Shown here: piece by piece, positions 1 through 11,759 of the stretch
Layout of the letters: each line of letters opens with the position of its first letter
Numbering within the stretch: position 1 is the first letter of the stretch
Source: an uncultured beta proteobacterium
Lineage (GTDB): Bacteria; Pseudomonadota; Gammaproteobacteria; Burkholderiales; Burkholderiaceae_C
Reading direction: 5' to 3'
Assembly (NCBI GenBank): GCA_963763035.1
Contig: CAVXMS010000003.1
Coordinates: 1,663,945 to 1,727,944, forward strand
DNA: 64,000 nucleotides
Translations under genes and position numbers: made by a program
Notes under the pieces: model-generated
Seen by the model: only the letters and a program-made list of their open reading frames with translations
Told to the model about the DNA's origin: nothing
The model's database searches: none

Positions 1-105
1 GATCATTTCCGGATTGTGTTTTTACCGCACGAAGACGACTTGCGGGAGGCCATTGGCCGGGTTGCCAAATTTCTTGAAAACTACCGCAAGCGGCATAGCA
101 ACTGA
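1..105 (+). CDS. 3' end of a PLP-dependent aminotransferase (partial, runs off the window start)
   Basis: Frame 1 is open from base 1 to TGA at 103-105 (DHFRIVFLPHEDDLREAIGRVAKFLENYRKRHSN). This tail is typical of class I/II aminotransferases that precede hom-thrC in betaproteobacteria. Confidence 0.5.
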   Translation, partial: DHFRIVFLPHEDDLREAIGRVAKFLENYRKRHSN

Positions 106-177
106 TTCACCCATCTGCCTGATGGCGGCCGTTGCCTGTGGCACGGACGCGGCAGGCCAACTTAACAGCAAGACTTT

Positions 178-1521
178 ATGAAACCGATTCAAGTAGGCCT
201 TCTTGGCATAGGCGTTGTGGGCTCCGGAACGTTCAACGTGCTGCGGCGTAATCAGGAAGAAATCAAGCGCCGTGCCGGCCGTGGCATTGAAATCACCATG
301 GTCGCCGATCTTGACGTGGCACGGGCGCAAGCCCAGGTCGGTGAGGGCGTCTGGGTGGTGGACGATGCCAGAAAAGTCATTGCCAATCCGGACATCGACA
401 TCGTCATCGAACTGATTGGCGGCTACGGTATCGCCAGGACGCTGGTGCTGGAGGCAATTGCCGCCGGCAAGCACGTGGTGACCGCCAACAAGGCCTTGCT
501 GGCGGTGCACGGCACCGAGATTTTTGCCGCGGCCTCCGCCAAGGGCGTGATGGTGGCGTTCGAGGCGGCGGTGGCCGGTGGCATCCCCATCATCAAGGCG
601 CTGCGGGAAGGCCTGACGGCGAACCGCATCCAGTGGATCGCCGGCATCATCAACGGCACCACCAACTTCATACTGTCCGAGATGCGCGACAAGGGACTGG
701 ACTTTGACGTGGTGTTGAAAGAGGCCCAGCGTCTGGGCTACGCCGAAGCCGATCCGACCTTCGACATCGAGGGCGTGGACGCGGCGCACAAGGCCACCAT
801 CATGTGCGCCATCGCGTTCGGTATTCCGGTGCAGTTCGACAAAGCCTATGTCGAAGGCATCACCAAACTCGGTGCCATTGACATCAAATACGCCGAGCAA
901 CTGGGCTACCGCATCAAGCTGCTGGGCATCACCAAGCGCACCGACAAAGGCATAGAGCTGCGTGTGCACCCCAGCCTGGTGCCAGCCAAGCGCCTGATCG
1001 CCAACGTCGAAGGCGCCATGAACGCCGTCATGGTGCAGGGCGATGCGGTCGGTACCACCTTGTACTACGGCAAGGGCGCCGGCTCCGAGCCGACCGCCAG
1101 CGCCGTCATCGCCGATCTGGTGGACATTACGCGCCTGCACACCGCCGATCCGCTGAATCGGGTGCCGCACCTGGCGTTCCAGCCCAATGCCATGAGCGAC
1201 CTGCGCGTGCTGCCCATGAGCGAGGTCGTGACCAGCTACTACCTGCGTTTGCGCGTCGCCGATCAGGCCGGTGTCTTGGCCAAGGTGACAGGTATCCTGG
1301 CGTCCCTGAATATCAGCATCGACGCCATGCTGCAACGTGAGGCCGACGAAGTGGGCGGCGAGAGCCGAGCCGCCGGCGAAGCGCAAGTGGCGCAGACCGA
1401 TCTCATCATTCTCACGCACGACTGCGTCGAGGCCGAAATGAACGCCGCCCTGGCGCAGATGCAGGCGCTGCCCACCGTGTTGGCGCCCATCACCCGCATT
1501 CGCAAGGAAGAACTGGCCTGA
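178..1521 (+). CDS. hom: homoserine dehydrogenase
   Basis: 447-aa ORF with an N-terminal NAD-binding glycine loop (LLGIGVVGSG) and a C-terminal ACT-like region. It sits directly upstream of thrC. Confidence 0.95.
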   Translation: MKPIQVGLLGIGVVGSGTFNVLRRNQEEIKRRAGRGIEITMVADLDVARAQAQVGEGVWVVDDARKVIANPDIDIVIELIGGYGIARTLVLEAIAAGKHVVTANKALLAVHGTEIFAAASAKGVMVAFEAAVAGGIPIIKALREGLTANRIQWIAGIINGTTNFILSEMRDKGLDFDVVLKEAQRLGYAEADPTFDIEGVDAAHKATIMCAIAFGIPVQFDKAYVEGITKLGAIDIKYAEQLGYRIKLLGITKRTDKGIELRVHPSLVPAKRLIANVEGAMNAVMVQGDAVGTTLYYGKGAGSEPTASAVIADLVDITRLHTADPLNRVPHLAFQPNAMSDLRVLPMSEVVTSYYLRLRVADQAGVLAKVTGILASLNISIDAMLQREADEVGGESRAAGEAQVAQTDLIILTHDCVEAEMNAALAQMQALPTVLAPITRIRKEELA

Positions 1522-2984
1522 TGAAGTACCTTTCGACCCGCGCCAGCGCCAGTGATCCGAGCGCGCGCAAACGGTTTTGCGAAATCCTGCTGGAAGGCCT
1601 GGCGCCCGATGGCGGCTTGTACCTGCCCGAAAGCTACCCGCAAGTGGACCCGGCCACGCTGGCGCGCTGGCGCCAGGTGTACCAGGAGCAGGGCTACGGC
1701 GAACTGGCGTTTGAGGTGCTGTCGCTCTACATCGACGACATTCCGGCGCCGGACCTGCGCGCCCTGTGCCAAAAGACCTACACCGAGGCCGTGTTTGGTA
1801 CGCCGGCCATCGTGCCGCTGAAGAAGTTGCAGCCGGTCGCCGCCGGGTCGGTGCCGGTACCGCTTTACCTCGAAGCCCTCTCCAACGGGCCGACGCTGGC
1901 CTTCAAGGACATGGCGATGCAGTTGCTGGGCAACCTGTTCGAGTACGAGCTGGCGCGCCGTGGTGAACAGCTCAACATCCTGGGCGCCACCTCTGGTGAT
2001 ACCGGCAGCGCCGCCGAATACGCCATGCGCGGCAAAAAAGGCGTGCGCGTTTTCATGACCAGCCCGCTGGGCCGGATGAGCCCGTTTCAGCAGGCGCAGA
2101 TGTTCAGCCTGCAAGACGACAATATTCACAACATCGCGGTGGAGGGTGTTTTCGACGACTGCCAGGACATGGTCAAAGCCGTTTCCAACGACCTCGAGTT
2201 CAAGCGTAAATACAAGATCGGCACCGTCAATTCCATCAACTGGGCGCGCTTGCTGGCGCAGGTTGTCTACTACTTTGCCGGGTATTTTCAAGCCACCGAT
2301 TCGAATTCCGAACGGGTCAATTTCACCGTACCTTCAGGCAACTTCGGCAATGTCTGCGCCGGCCATGTGGCGCGCATGATGGGGCTGCCGATTGCGCAAC
2401 TGGTGGTGGCGACCAATGAGAACGACGTGCTGGACGAGTTCTTCCGCACCGGCGTCTACCGCGTGCGTGGCAGTGCCGACACTTTTGAGACTTCCAGCCC
2501 GTCGATGGACATCTCCAAGGCCAGCAACTTCGAGCGCTTCGTGTTCGATCTGCTGGGGCGCGACGGAGCGCGGGTGAAGGCGCTGTTTGGCGAGGCCCTG
2601 GCCAGCAGCGGGCGCTTCGATCTGAGCCGTGACCCGGCCTTCGGGCAGGCCGCCGCGCGCTATGGTTTTGCCAGCGGCAAGAGCAGCCACGCCGACCGCC
2701 TGGCCACCATCCGGGATACTTTCGAGCGCTTTGGCGTCATGATAGACACCCATACCGCGGACGCCCTGAAGGTGGCGCGCGAGCACCTCCAGCCAGGCGT
2801 ACCGATGATCGTGCTGGAGACTGCCTTGCCGATCAAGTTTGCCGCCACCATCGTCGAGGCCTTGGGGCGTGAGCCGGATCGTCCGGCCCAATTCGAAGGT
2901 ATCGAAGCGCTGCCGAAACGGGTCACGCGCATGGCCGCCGATGTGGCTGCGGTCAAAGCCTATATTGCGCGGCATTGTTCATGA
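1521..2984 (+). CDS. thrC: threonine synthase (long form)
   Basis: 487 aa with the PLP-lysine context SNGPTLAFKDMAMQ. The ATG abuts the hom stop. Confidence 0.95.
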   Translation: MKYLSTRASASDPSARKRFCEILLEGLAPDGGLYLPESYPQVDPATLARWRQVYQEQGYGELAFEVLSLYIDDIPAPDLRALCQKTYTEAVFGTPAIVPLKKLQPVAAGSVPVPLYLEALSNGPTLAFKDMAMQLLGNLFEYELARRGEQLNILGATSGDTGSAAEYAMRGKKGVRVFMTSPLGRMSPFQQAQMFSLQDDNIHNIAVEGVFDDCQDMVKAVSNDLEFKRKYKIGTVNSINWARLLAQVVYYFAGYFQATDSNSERVNFTVPSGNFGNVCAGHVARMMGLPIAQLVVATNENDVLDEFFRTGVYRVRGSADTFETSSPSMDISKASNFERFVFDLLGRDGARVKALFGEALASSGRFDLSRDPAFGQAAARYGFASGKSSHADRLATIRDTFERFGVMIDTHTADALKVAREHLQPGVPMIVLETALPIKFAATIVEALGREPDRPAQFEGIEALPKRVTRMAADVAAVKAYIARHCS

Positions 2985-3514
2985 AGGTGGTCGGCTTCGC
3001 GGGCTATTCGGGTTCCGGCAAGACGACGCTGGTGGAGCGGCTGATTCCGGCCTTTCGACTGCGGGGTTTGCGCGTGTCGGTGGTCAAGCATGCCCATCAC
3101 CAGTTTGATATTGACCATGTCGGCAAAGACACTTACCGGCATCGCGCAGCCGGCGCCTTCGAAGTGGTGGTGGCGTCGGATCAACGGCTAGCCTTGATGC
3201 GCGAATTCGAGCAAAAAGTGCAGCTCACGGTGCACCAGTTGATTGCCGAGCTTTACGAGGGTGTCGATTGGGTGTTGGTGGAGGGGTTCAAAGACTCCGA
3301 TTTGCTGAAAATCGAGGTCTGGCGCTCGCTCTCCAACAAACCGGCGCGTTATCTGGACGATGACTTCATCGTCGCCATCGCCACCGATTCGCCGACGCAA
3401 CTGCCGCATGCGACGCAACGCCCGGTGCTGGACCTGAATGATGTGGATGCGGTGGCGGGCTGGTTGATTGCCAACGCGGACCGGTTTGAATACCGGGCGG
3501 AGATTTTTGCATGA
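2981..3514 (+). CDS. mobB: molybdopterin-guanine dinucleotide biosynthesis adapter protein MobB
   Basis: Walker A motif GYSGSGKTT near the N-terminus. The track ORF starts at TTG 2975, but the ATG at 2981 overlaps the thrC stop (ATGA). Confidence 0.85.
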   Translation: MKVVGFAGYSGSGKTTLVERLIPAFRLRGLRVSVVKHAHHQFDIDHVGKDTYRHRAAGAFEVVVASDQRLALMREFEQKVQLTVHQLIAELYEGVDWVLVEGFKDSDLLKIEVWRSLSNKPARYLDDDFIVAIATDSPTQLPHATQRPVLDLNDVDAVAGWLIANADRFEYRAEIFA

Positions 3515-4806
3515 GCGCCGCGCCGGGCCGTCCCCAAGCAAGCTCGCACCGCAGTGCGCAGCACGAAGGTACTCCAGTGAGCGCGCCGCGCGTCCCCTTA
3601 AGGCCGCTGGAACAGGCGCTGGCCGAACTGCTGGGCTTTGCGGTGGCGCTGGACGGGGTTGAGTCGGTTTCCACCTTCGACGCCGATGGCCGGGTGCTGG
3701 CGCAGGATCTGCTGTCGGCCTTGCAGGTGCCGCCGCAGGACAACAGTTCGATGGACGGTTACGCCGTGCGCTGCGCCGATCTGTCGCCGGCGCAGAACCT
3801 GCTGTCGGTGACGCAACGCATTGCGGCCGGCGCCTTCGGCACGGCGCTGGCGCCCCTGAGCGCGGCCCGGATTTTTACCGGCGCCCCGATTCCCGCCGGT
3901 GCCGATGCGGTGGTGATGCAGGAAGACTGCGATGTGGTCGAGGGTGCCGGCGTGCGCATCAAAACCCTGCCGCTGCCGGGTCAGTGGATTCGCCGTGCCG
4001 GGGAGGACATCGGGCGCGGCGCCGTGGTGCTGCAAAAAGGAGCGCGCCTGACGCCCGCCGCGCTGGGGCTGGCGGCCAGCATTGGCATGGATGTGCTGCC
4101 GGTGGCACGGCGCCCGCGGGTGGCCTTGTTTTCGACCGGCGACGAACTGGTGATGCCGGGCCAGGTTGCGCCCGACGCCATGAAACCGGGCAGCATTTAC
4201 AACTCGAACCGTTTCTTTTTGCGCACCCTGCTGTCGCGGCTCGGCTGCCAGGTGAGCGATCTGGGCATCGTGCCGGACCGGCTGGACGCCACCGTGCAAG
4301 CGCTGCACAGCGCGGCGCAAGGCCATGATCTGATTTTGACCAGCGGCGGTGTCTCGGTCGGCGAGGAAGACCATGTCAAGCCCGCCGTGCAGGCGTTGGG
4401 CGCGCTGGACCTGTGGCAGATTGCCATCAAGCCGGGCAAGCCTTTTGCCTACGGTCGGGTGCAGAACGCCCACTTCATCGGGCTGCCGGGCAATCCGGTG
4501 TCGAGCTTCGTCACTTTCCTGTTGCTGGTGCGACCGTTCCTGCTCAAGTTGCAAGGTGTTACTCAACTGGCGCCTGAAGCGATAACCTTGCCGGCCCATT
4601 TCAACTGGGCCAGAGCCGACCGGCGGCGTGAATTTCTGCGCGTGCGACGCAACCCGGCCGGCGCTCTGGATCTGTTTGCCAACCAGAGCTCGGGTGTGTT
4701 GACTTCCGCCGTCTGGGCTGACGGCCTGCTGGACAACCCGCCCGGCCAGACCATTGCACATGGCGACCTGGTTCGCTTTATTCCTTTTTCCGAGGTGCTG
4801 GGATGA
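3511..4806 (+). CDS. moeA: molybdopterin molybdenumtransferase MoeA
   Basis: 431 aa with MoeA motifs (NSSMDGYAV, TSGGVSVGEEDH, GLPGNPVS). ATGA overlap with mobB. Confidence 0.9.
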   Translation: MSAAPGRPQASSHRSAQHEGTPVSAPRVPLRPLEQALAELLGFAVALDGVESVSTFDADGRVLAQDLLSALQVPPQDNSSMDGYAVRCADLSPAQNLLSVTQRIAAGAFGTALAPLSAARIFTGAPIPAGADAVVMQEDCDVVEGAGVRIKTLPLPGQWIRRAGEDIGRGAVVLQKGARLTPAALGLAASIGMDVLPVARRPRVALFSTGDELVMPGQVAPDAMKPGSIYNSNRFFLRTLLSRLGCQVSDLGIVPDRLDATVQALHSAAQGHDLILTSGGVSVGEEDHVKPAVQALGALDLWQIAIKPGKPFAYGRVQNAHFIGLPGNPVSSFVTFLLLVRPFLLKLQGVTQLAPEAITLPAHFNWARADRRREFLRVRRNPAGALDLFANQSSGVLTSAVWADGLLDNPPGQTIAHGDLVRFIPFSEVLG

Positions 4807-5054
4807 ACATCACAGTGAAGTATTTCGCCTCCATCCGCGAGGCCGTTGGCGTTTCCAGCGAATCGCTGCTCACCGCGGCCGCCACGCTGGCGGCGCTGCG
4901 CGACGAACTGCTGGCCCGAGGCGGCGTTTGGGCCGAATCACTGGCGCGGGGCCGGGCCGTGCGCATGGCACTCAACCAGGTGATGAGCGATGAGTCGGCA
5001 ACGCTGGTTGACGGCGCCGAAGTGGCCTTCTTCCCGCCGGTAACGGGCGGCTAA
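4803..5054 (+). CDS. moaD: molybdopterin synthase sulfur-carrier subunit MoaD
   Basis: 83 aa with a ThiS/MoaD-like fold and the diagnostic C-terminal Gly-Gly (PPVTGG). ATGA overlap with moeA. Confidence 0.85.
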   Translation: MNITVKYFASIREAVGVSSESLLTAAATLAALRDELLARGGVWAESLARGRAVRMALNQVMSDESATLVDGAEVAFFPPVTGG

Positions 5055-5060
5055 GCCGTC

Positions 5061-5942
5061 TCAGTCCTGCGCCGCAATGGCGTCGTGCAACTGAATCAGT
5101 CGCTGCGTCGGTCCCGCTGTGGCCGCCGTCATGGGGGCGCGTAATTCGTTGTGGATCAAGCCCTGGTGCGCCAGCAGCGCCTTTAGCGGACCCGGATTCG
5201 GTTCACCGAACAGCGCCGCTATCAGGGGCAATAGCGGCCGCCATTGGGCTCTGGCCCGCACCAACTCGCCCTCCCGCAGCGCCTGTAGCACGCGCACGAA
5301 ACGCTCGGTATGCAGATGGGCGCTGGCGGCAATGGCGCCGCTGCCGCCCAGCGCCACGGTGCTGAAAATCTGCGCGTCCTCTCCCGCCAGTACCTGCAGC
5401 CGGCCCTCGGCCAGCAGCGCCTGCGTTTTGCCGGCGTCGCCGCCGCAGTCCTTGACTGCGCGGATCGCCGGATGCCGGCCCAGTGCCTCCAAGGTGGCGC
5501 GCTCGATCATGACACCGGTGCGGTACGGGATGTCGTAGACGATCAGCGGTTGCGCGCTGGCATCGGCAATCGCCTGGAACCATTGCAGTACGCCACTCTG
5601 CGCCGGACGGATGTAGTGCGGCGCCGGCACCAGCAAGCCCGCCAGGGGGCGGCTGGAGAGTGTTTTGACCCAGGCTAGGGTCTTCGGCAGGTGGTAGCCC
5701 GACAAGCCCATCACGACAGGCAGATCAGCCGCTGCCTGTGTCACCGTGTCGAGCACCGCCAGCTGCTCGGCCTGGTCCAGCGCGGCGGCTTCGCCGGTGG
5801 AGCCGCAGACCACGAAGCCGGCGATGCCGGTGCCACGCAAGCGGTGGATCAAGCGGGTCAGCGCCGGGTGGTCGATGGCGCCATCGGAAAAAGGGGTGAT
5901 CAGGGGAATCCACAGACCCGAGAAATTGCCAGAAGTTTGCAC
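5061..5942 (-). CDS. dihydrodipicolinate synthase (DapA) family lyase
   Basis: DapA-family motifs (VVCGSTGEAAAL, YDIPYRTG, Schiff-base lysine context IRAVKDCGGD). The track ORF extends to 6026. A GTG at 5940-5942 preceded by AAGGAAAGA gives a family-typical N-terminus (VQTSGNFSGLWIPLITPF). Confidence 0.8.
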   Translation of the reverse strand: MQTSGNFSGLWIPLITPFSDGAIDHPALTRLIHRLRGTGIAGFVVCGSTGEAAALDQAEQLAVLDTVTQAAADLPVVMGLSGYHLPKTLAWVKTLSSRPLAGLLVPAPHYIRPAQSGVLQWFQAIADASAQPLIVYDIPYRTGVMIERATLEALGRHPAIRAVKDCGGDAGKTQALLAEGRLQVLAGEDAQIFSTVALGGSGAIAASAHLHTERFVRVLQALREGELVRARAQWRPLLPLIAALFGEPNPGPLKALLAHQGLIHNELRAPMTAATAGPTQRLIQLHDAIAAQD

Positions 5943-6202
5943 GTATCTTTCCTTGTCAAAAAATGACCGATGACCATCGTCAGATGCGCGCGGGAAAGTA
6001 AAACCGGTTGGGTCTGGCAGTTCCATCGCTCATCCGAGGACGGAACCGCAGCTCCGGTCAGATGAGCCTGGGTTTTTTCGATTTGCCGACGCGTGCGACG
6101 CCAAACGCCCCACCGGCAGGTGGAGCGGGATGGGTGTTGAACGTGTCGGCAAACATGGGCCTCATCTTACCTTGGTCTTGCCGGAGGTGCCACAATCCGG
6201 GC

Positions 6203-6724
6203 ATGGACCCCTCTCAGGTTGCCCCCTCTCGCGTTTCCATTCAGAGCGCCGATTTCGACCTCGGCCGCGAGATCGAAACCCTGCGTGCCCAGGATGCCCG
6301 GGTCGGCGCCGTGTGCAGTTTTGTCGGCACCGTGCGCGACCGGTATGTCGCCCCCACGCTGGCCAGTTCTCCGTCGACGACTGCACCGGTTTTGTCGATG
6401 GAGCTGGAGCACTACCCCGGCATGACCGAAAAAGCCATTGAAGCCATGATTGACGAGGCGCAGCGACGCTTTGACATTTTCAGTGCCCGCGTGGTTCACC
6501 GCATTGGCCTGCTGCGACCGCTGGATCAGATCGTGCTGGTGGCGGTGACCTCGGCCCACCGCGGCGAGAGCTTCCGGGCCTGCGAGTTCTTGATCGATTA
6601 CCTCAAGACCCAGGCGCCGTTCTGGAAGAAAGAACAAACACCGGACGGCGCGCGCTGGGTCGATGCCCGTGTGGCGGACGATGCGGCCCTGGCCAGATGG
6701 GGCATCCAGGCGCATAACATTTGA
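6203..6724 (+). CDS. moaE: molybdopterin synthase catalytic subunit MoaE
   Basis: MoaE-like sequence (FVGTVRD, MELEHYPGM, VAVTSAHRGESFRACEFLIDYLKTQAPFWKKE). The ATG at 6203 gives a family-typical 173 aa. The 5' extension of the track ORF (from TTG 6008) overlaps the DapA-like gene. Confidence 0.85.
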   Translation: MDPSQVAPSRVSIQSADFDLGREIETLRAQDARVGAVCSFVGTVRDRYVAPTLASSPSTTAPVLSMELEHYPGMTEKAIEAMIDEAQRRFDIFSARVVHRIGLLRPLDQIVLVAVTSAHRGESFRACEFLIDYLKTQAPFWKKEQTPDGARWVDARVADDAALARWGIQAHNI

Positions 6725-6739
6725 CGCGCAGCCAGCCTA

Positions 6740-6790
6740 GGGCCCGTTCACTCTATTTTTACATCTCGCAAGAATAGAGTGAACAGGCCC
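6740..6790. repeat. long imperfect hairpin (18-bp arms, 15-nt loop) downstream of moaE
   Basis: GGGCCCGTTCACTCTATT (6740-6757) pairs with AATAGAGTGAACAGGCCC (6773-6790), 17/18 complementary. No U-run follows. Confidence 0.5.
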
Positions 6791-6841
6791 TGGACAGAGC
6801 CCATGCCTTGACTATTCTCAAGCGGTTGGCAGGGTTGAAAC

Positions 6842-6868
6842 CTTGAAAATTCCGGCTAAGCCTCAAGT
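6842..6868 (+). promoter_or_regulatory. candidate sigma-32 (heat-shock) promoter of clpB
   Basis: CTTGAAA at 6842-6848, then CCTCAAGT at 6861-6868 about 13 nt later. Compare the CTTGAAA-N13-15-CCCCATNT consensus. It ends about 25 nt upstream of the clpB ATG. Confidence 0.3.
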
Positions 6869-6892
6869 TGTGGGGGAACTTCAAGGATTGCC

Positions 6893-9505
<2,613 letters not shown>

Positions 9506-9513
9506 GGGCTCGG

Positions 9514-10197
9514 CTAGCGCTTGCGCAGCAGATTGACGCGCATCGGCCGGACAAAGTGGGCGCCGTCTGCCGTCATGTGCGATTCAAAGCGCTCACGCAC
9601 CGCCTGCAAGGTGGCGGCATCAAGATGGTGGTCGACAAAGCTGACGCCAATCATGCGTTGCTGGAACTCGGCAAAGTCGCGCAAGTGCAGAGGCGTTTCG
9701 AAGAATATTTCGGCCTCCGGCTCCCAGGCGCCCGAGGCAATGGCCTGCTGCACCGCGCGCAAGGCCGCCGCACGCACCCGTTCCTCGTCGTGAAACAAGC
9801 GCATCACCTCGTTGAAGGCGCCGGCGAAAACCGGCTCCGAAATGTAAATCAAGCCCTTGGGCCGCAACACCCGATGCACCTCCGACAGGGCTTGGCCCAT
9901 CTGGTCCAGCGGCACATGGTGCAGCGACTTGAGCATCAACGCCAGGTCGAAACGCTCGGCTTCGAAGGGAATGGCCTGGGCTCCGGCCAGCACGAATTGC
10001 AGGCGCTGGTGCGGCTGTTGCAGGTTCCTGGCGTGCTGACGCTGGTCCACTTCCAGGCCGGTGACCCGGCAGCCGGGGCAGCGCTCCAGCAATTGGCGTG
10101 ACAACGGGGCGGCGCCGCAGCCCAATTCGATGATGTCCGGCCGCTGCGTCAGATCGACCAGCGATTGCAGCAAGGTGAATTCGTCGTTGATCAGCAC
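9514..10197 (-). CDS. class I SAM-dependent methyltransferase
   Basis: Motif I IIELGCGAAP and a post-I acidic residue (GLEVD). The track ORF to 10359 would overlap hutH. A GTG at 10195-10197 lies 10 nt below the hutH stop. Confidence 0.7.
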   Translation of the reverse strand: MLINDEFTLLQSLVDLTQRPDIIELGCGAAPLSRQLLERCPGCRVTGLEVDQRQHARNLQQPHQRLQFVLAGAQAIPFEAERFDLALMLKSLHHVPLDQMGQALSEVHRVLRPKGLIYISEPVFAGAFNEVMRLFHDEERVRAAALRAVQQAIASGAWEPEAEIFFETPLHLRDFAEFQQRMIGVSFVDHHLDAATLQAVRERFESHMTADGAHFVRPMRVNLLRKR

Positions 10198-10207
10198 GCA
10201 GAGCGCC

Positions 10208-11758
10208 TCAGGTAGGAGTCCAGAGCCGGGGCAGACCGGGCAGCGTGCGGAAAATGCGCGACAAGGAGCCGTTGCGCACCAAGCTGGTGGCGTGTGCCAT
10301 GTCGGGTGCCAGAAAGCGGTCTTGCGCCATTGCCGGTATCTGCTGGCGCAGCAGCGCATGCGCCTGCTCCAGTGCGATCGAGCTGCGCAGCGGACGCAGA
10401 AACTCGATGCCTTGCGCCGCCGCCAGCAGCTCTATGCCCAGGATGTTGGCCGTGTTGCTGATCATGGCCTGCAGGCGGCGCGCGGCAAAAGTGGCCATCG
10501 ACACATGGTCTTCCTGATTGGCGCTGGTGGGCAGGCTGTCGACACTGGCCGGGTGCGCCAGCGATTTGTTTTCCGAGGCCAGCGCGGCGGCCGTCACATG
10601 CGCGATCATGAAGCCGCTGTTGAGGCCGGCGTCGGCCGTCAGGAACGGCGGCAGGCGCGACACGCCGGCGTCGATCAGCATGGCGATGCGGCGCTCGGCA
10701 ATGGCACCGACCTCGGCGATCGCCAGCGCCATGCCATCGGCCGCCAGTGCCACCGGCTCGGCGTGGAAATTGCCGCCCGAGATCATGGCACCATCCTCGG
10801 CGAACACCAGCGGGTTGTCGGTCACTGCATTGGCTTCGCGCAGCAGCACCAGGGCGGCGTGGCGCAACTGGTCCAGACAGGCGCCCACCACTTGCGGCTG
10901 GCAACGCAAGCTGTAGGGGTCTTGCACCCGGTCGTCACCGTCCTGGTGGGAGTGGCGGATGGCGCTGCCGGCCAGCAGCGCGCGGTAATACTGGGCCACG
11001 TCGATCTGGCCGGGTTGGCCGCGCAGCGCGTGAATGCGGGGGTCGAACGGCCCATCGCTGCCGCGCGCGGCGTCCACCGTGAGGGCGCCGATCACCAGCG
11101 CCGCTTCCAGCACCGGCTCAAACGTGAGCAAGGCATGCAAGGCCAGGGCGGTGGAGGTCTGAGTGCCGTTGATCAAGGCCAGGCCTTCCTTGGCGCCCAG
11201 TGTCAGTGGTGCAATGCCGGCTCGCCGCAAGGCCGCCAGGGCCGGCACGCGCTGGCCGTCCCGCAGCATGTCGCCCTCGCCGATCAAGGCCAGTGTCATG
11301 TGCGCCAGCGGTGCCAGGTCGCCGGAGGCGCCGACCGAGCCCTGGGACGGCACATAAGGTACCAGTCCGGCGTTGTGCACCGCCAGCAGCGTGTCGACGA
11401 CGACCTCGCGTACGCCCGAATAGCCGCGCGCCAGACTGGCGGCCTTGAGCGCCAGCATCAAGCGCAGCACCGCCGGCGCCAGCGGCTCGCCGACGCCGAC
11501 GCTGTGCGAGCGGATCAAGTTGAGTTGCAGCGTGTCGAGCTGCGCCTTGCCGATGCGCTGGTTGGCCAGTTTGCCAAAGCCGGTGTTGACGCCGTAGACC
11601 GGCGCCTCGCCATCGGCGGCACGCTGCACCACTTGCTGGCTGGCGCGGATCAGCTGGCGGCTGGCTTCGGGCAGCGCCAGTTGCCGGCTTCCGGTATGAA
11701 TGGCTTGCAATTGGGTCAGTGTCAGCTGGCCTGGCGCCAGCAGTAATTGGTTTTGCAT
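10208..11758 (-). CDS. hutH: histidine ammonia-lyase
   Basis: 516 aa with the MIO-forming Ala-Ser-Gly triad in GSVGASGDLAPLAH. Confidence 0.95.
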   Translation of the reverse strand: MQNQLLLAPGQLTLTQLQAIHTGSRQLALPEASRQLIRASQQVVQRAADGEAPVYGVNTGFGKLANQRIGKAQLDTLQLNLIRSHSVGVGEPLAPAVLRLMLALKAASLARGYSGVREVVVDTLLAVHNAGLVPYVPSQGSVGASGDLAPLAHMTLALIGEGDMLRDGQRVPALAALRRAGIAPLTLGAKEGLALINGTQTSTALALHALLTFEPVLEAALVIGALTVDAARGSDGPFDPRIHALRGQPGQIDVAQYYRALLAGSAIRHSHQDGDDRVQDPYSLRCQPQVVGACLDQLRHAALVLLREANAVTDNPLVFAEDGAMISGGNFHAEPVALAADGMALAIAEVGAIAERRIAMLIDAGVSRLPPFLTADAGLNSGFMIAHVTAAALASENKSLAHPASVDSLPTSANQEDHVSMATFAARRLQAMISNTANILGIELLAAAQGIEFLRPLRSSIALEQAHALLRQQIPAMAQDRFLAPDMAHATSLVRNGSLSRIFRTLPGLPRLWTPT

Positions 11759-11759
11759 C

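Noticed and set aside
6008-6202. 5' extension of the moaE ORF (TTG start at 6008)
   Set aside because: It would add 65 non-conserved residues and overlap the DapA-family gene start. The ATG at 6203 gives a normal-length MoaE.
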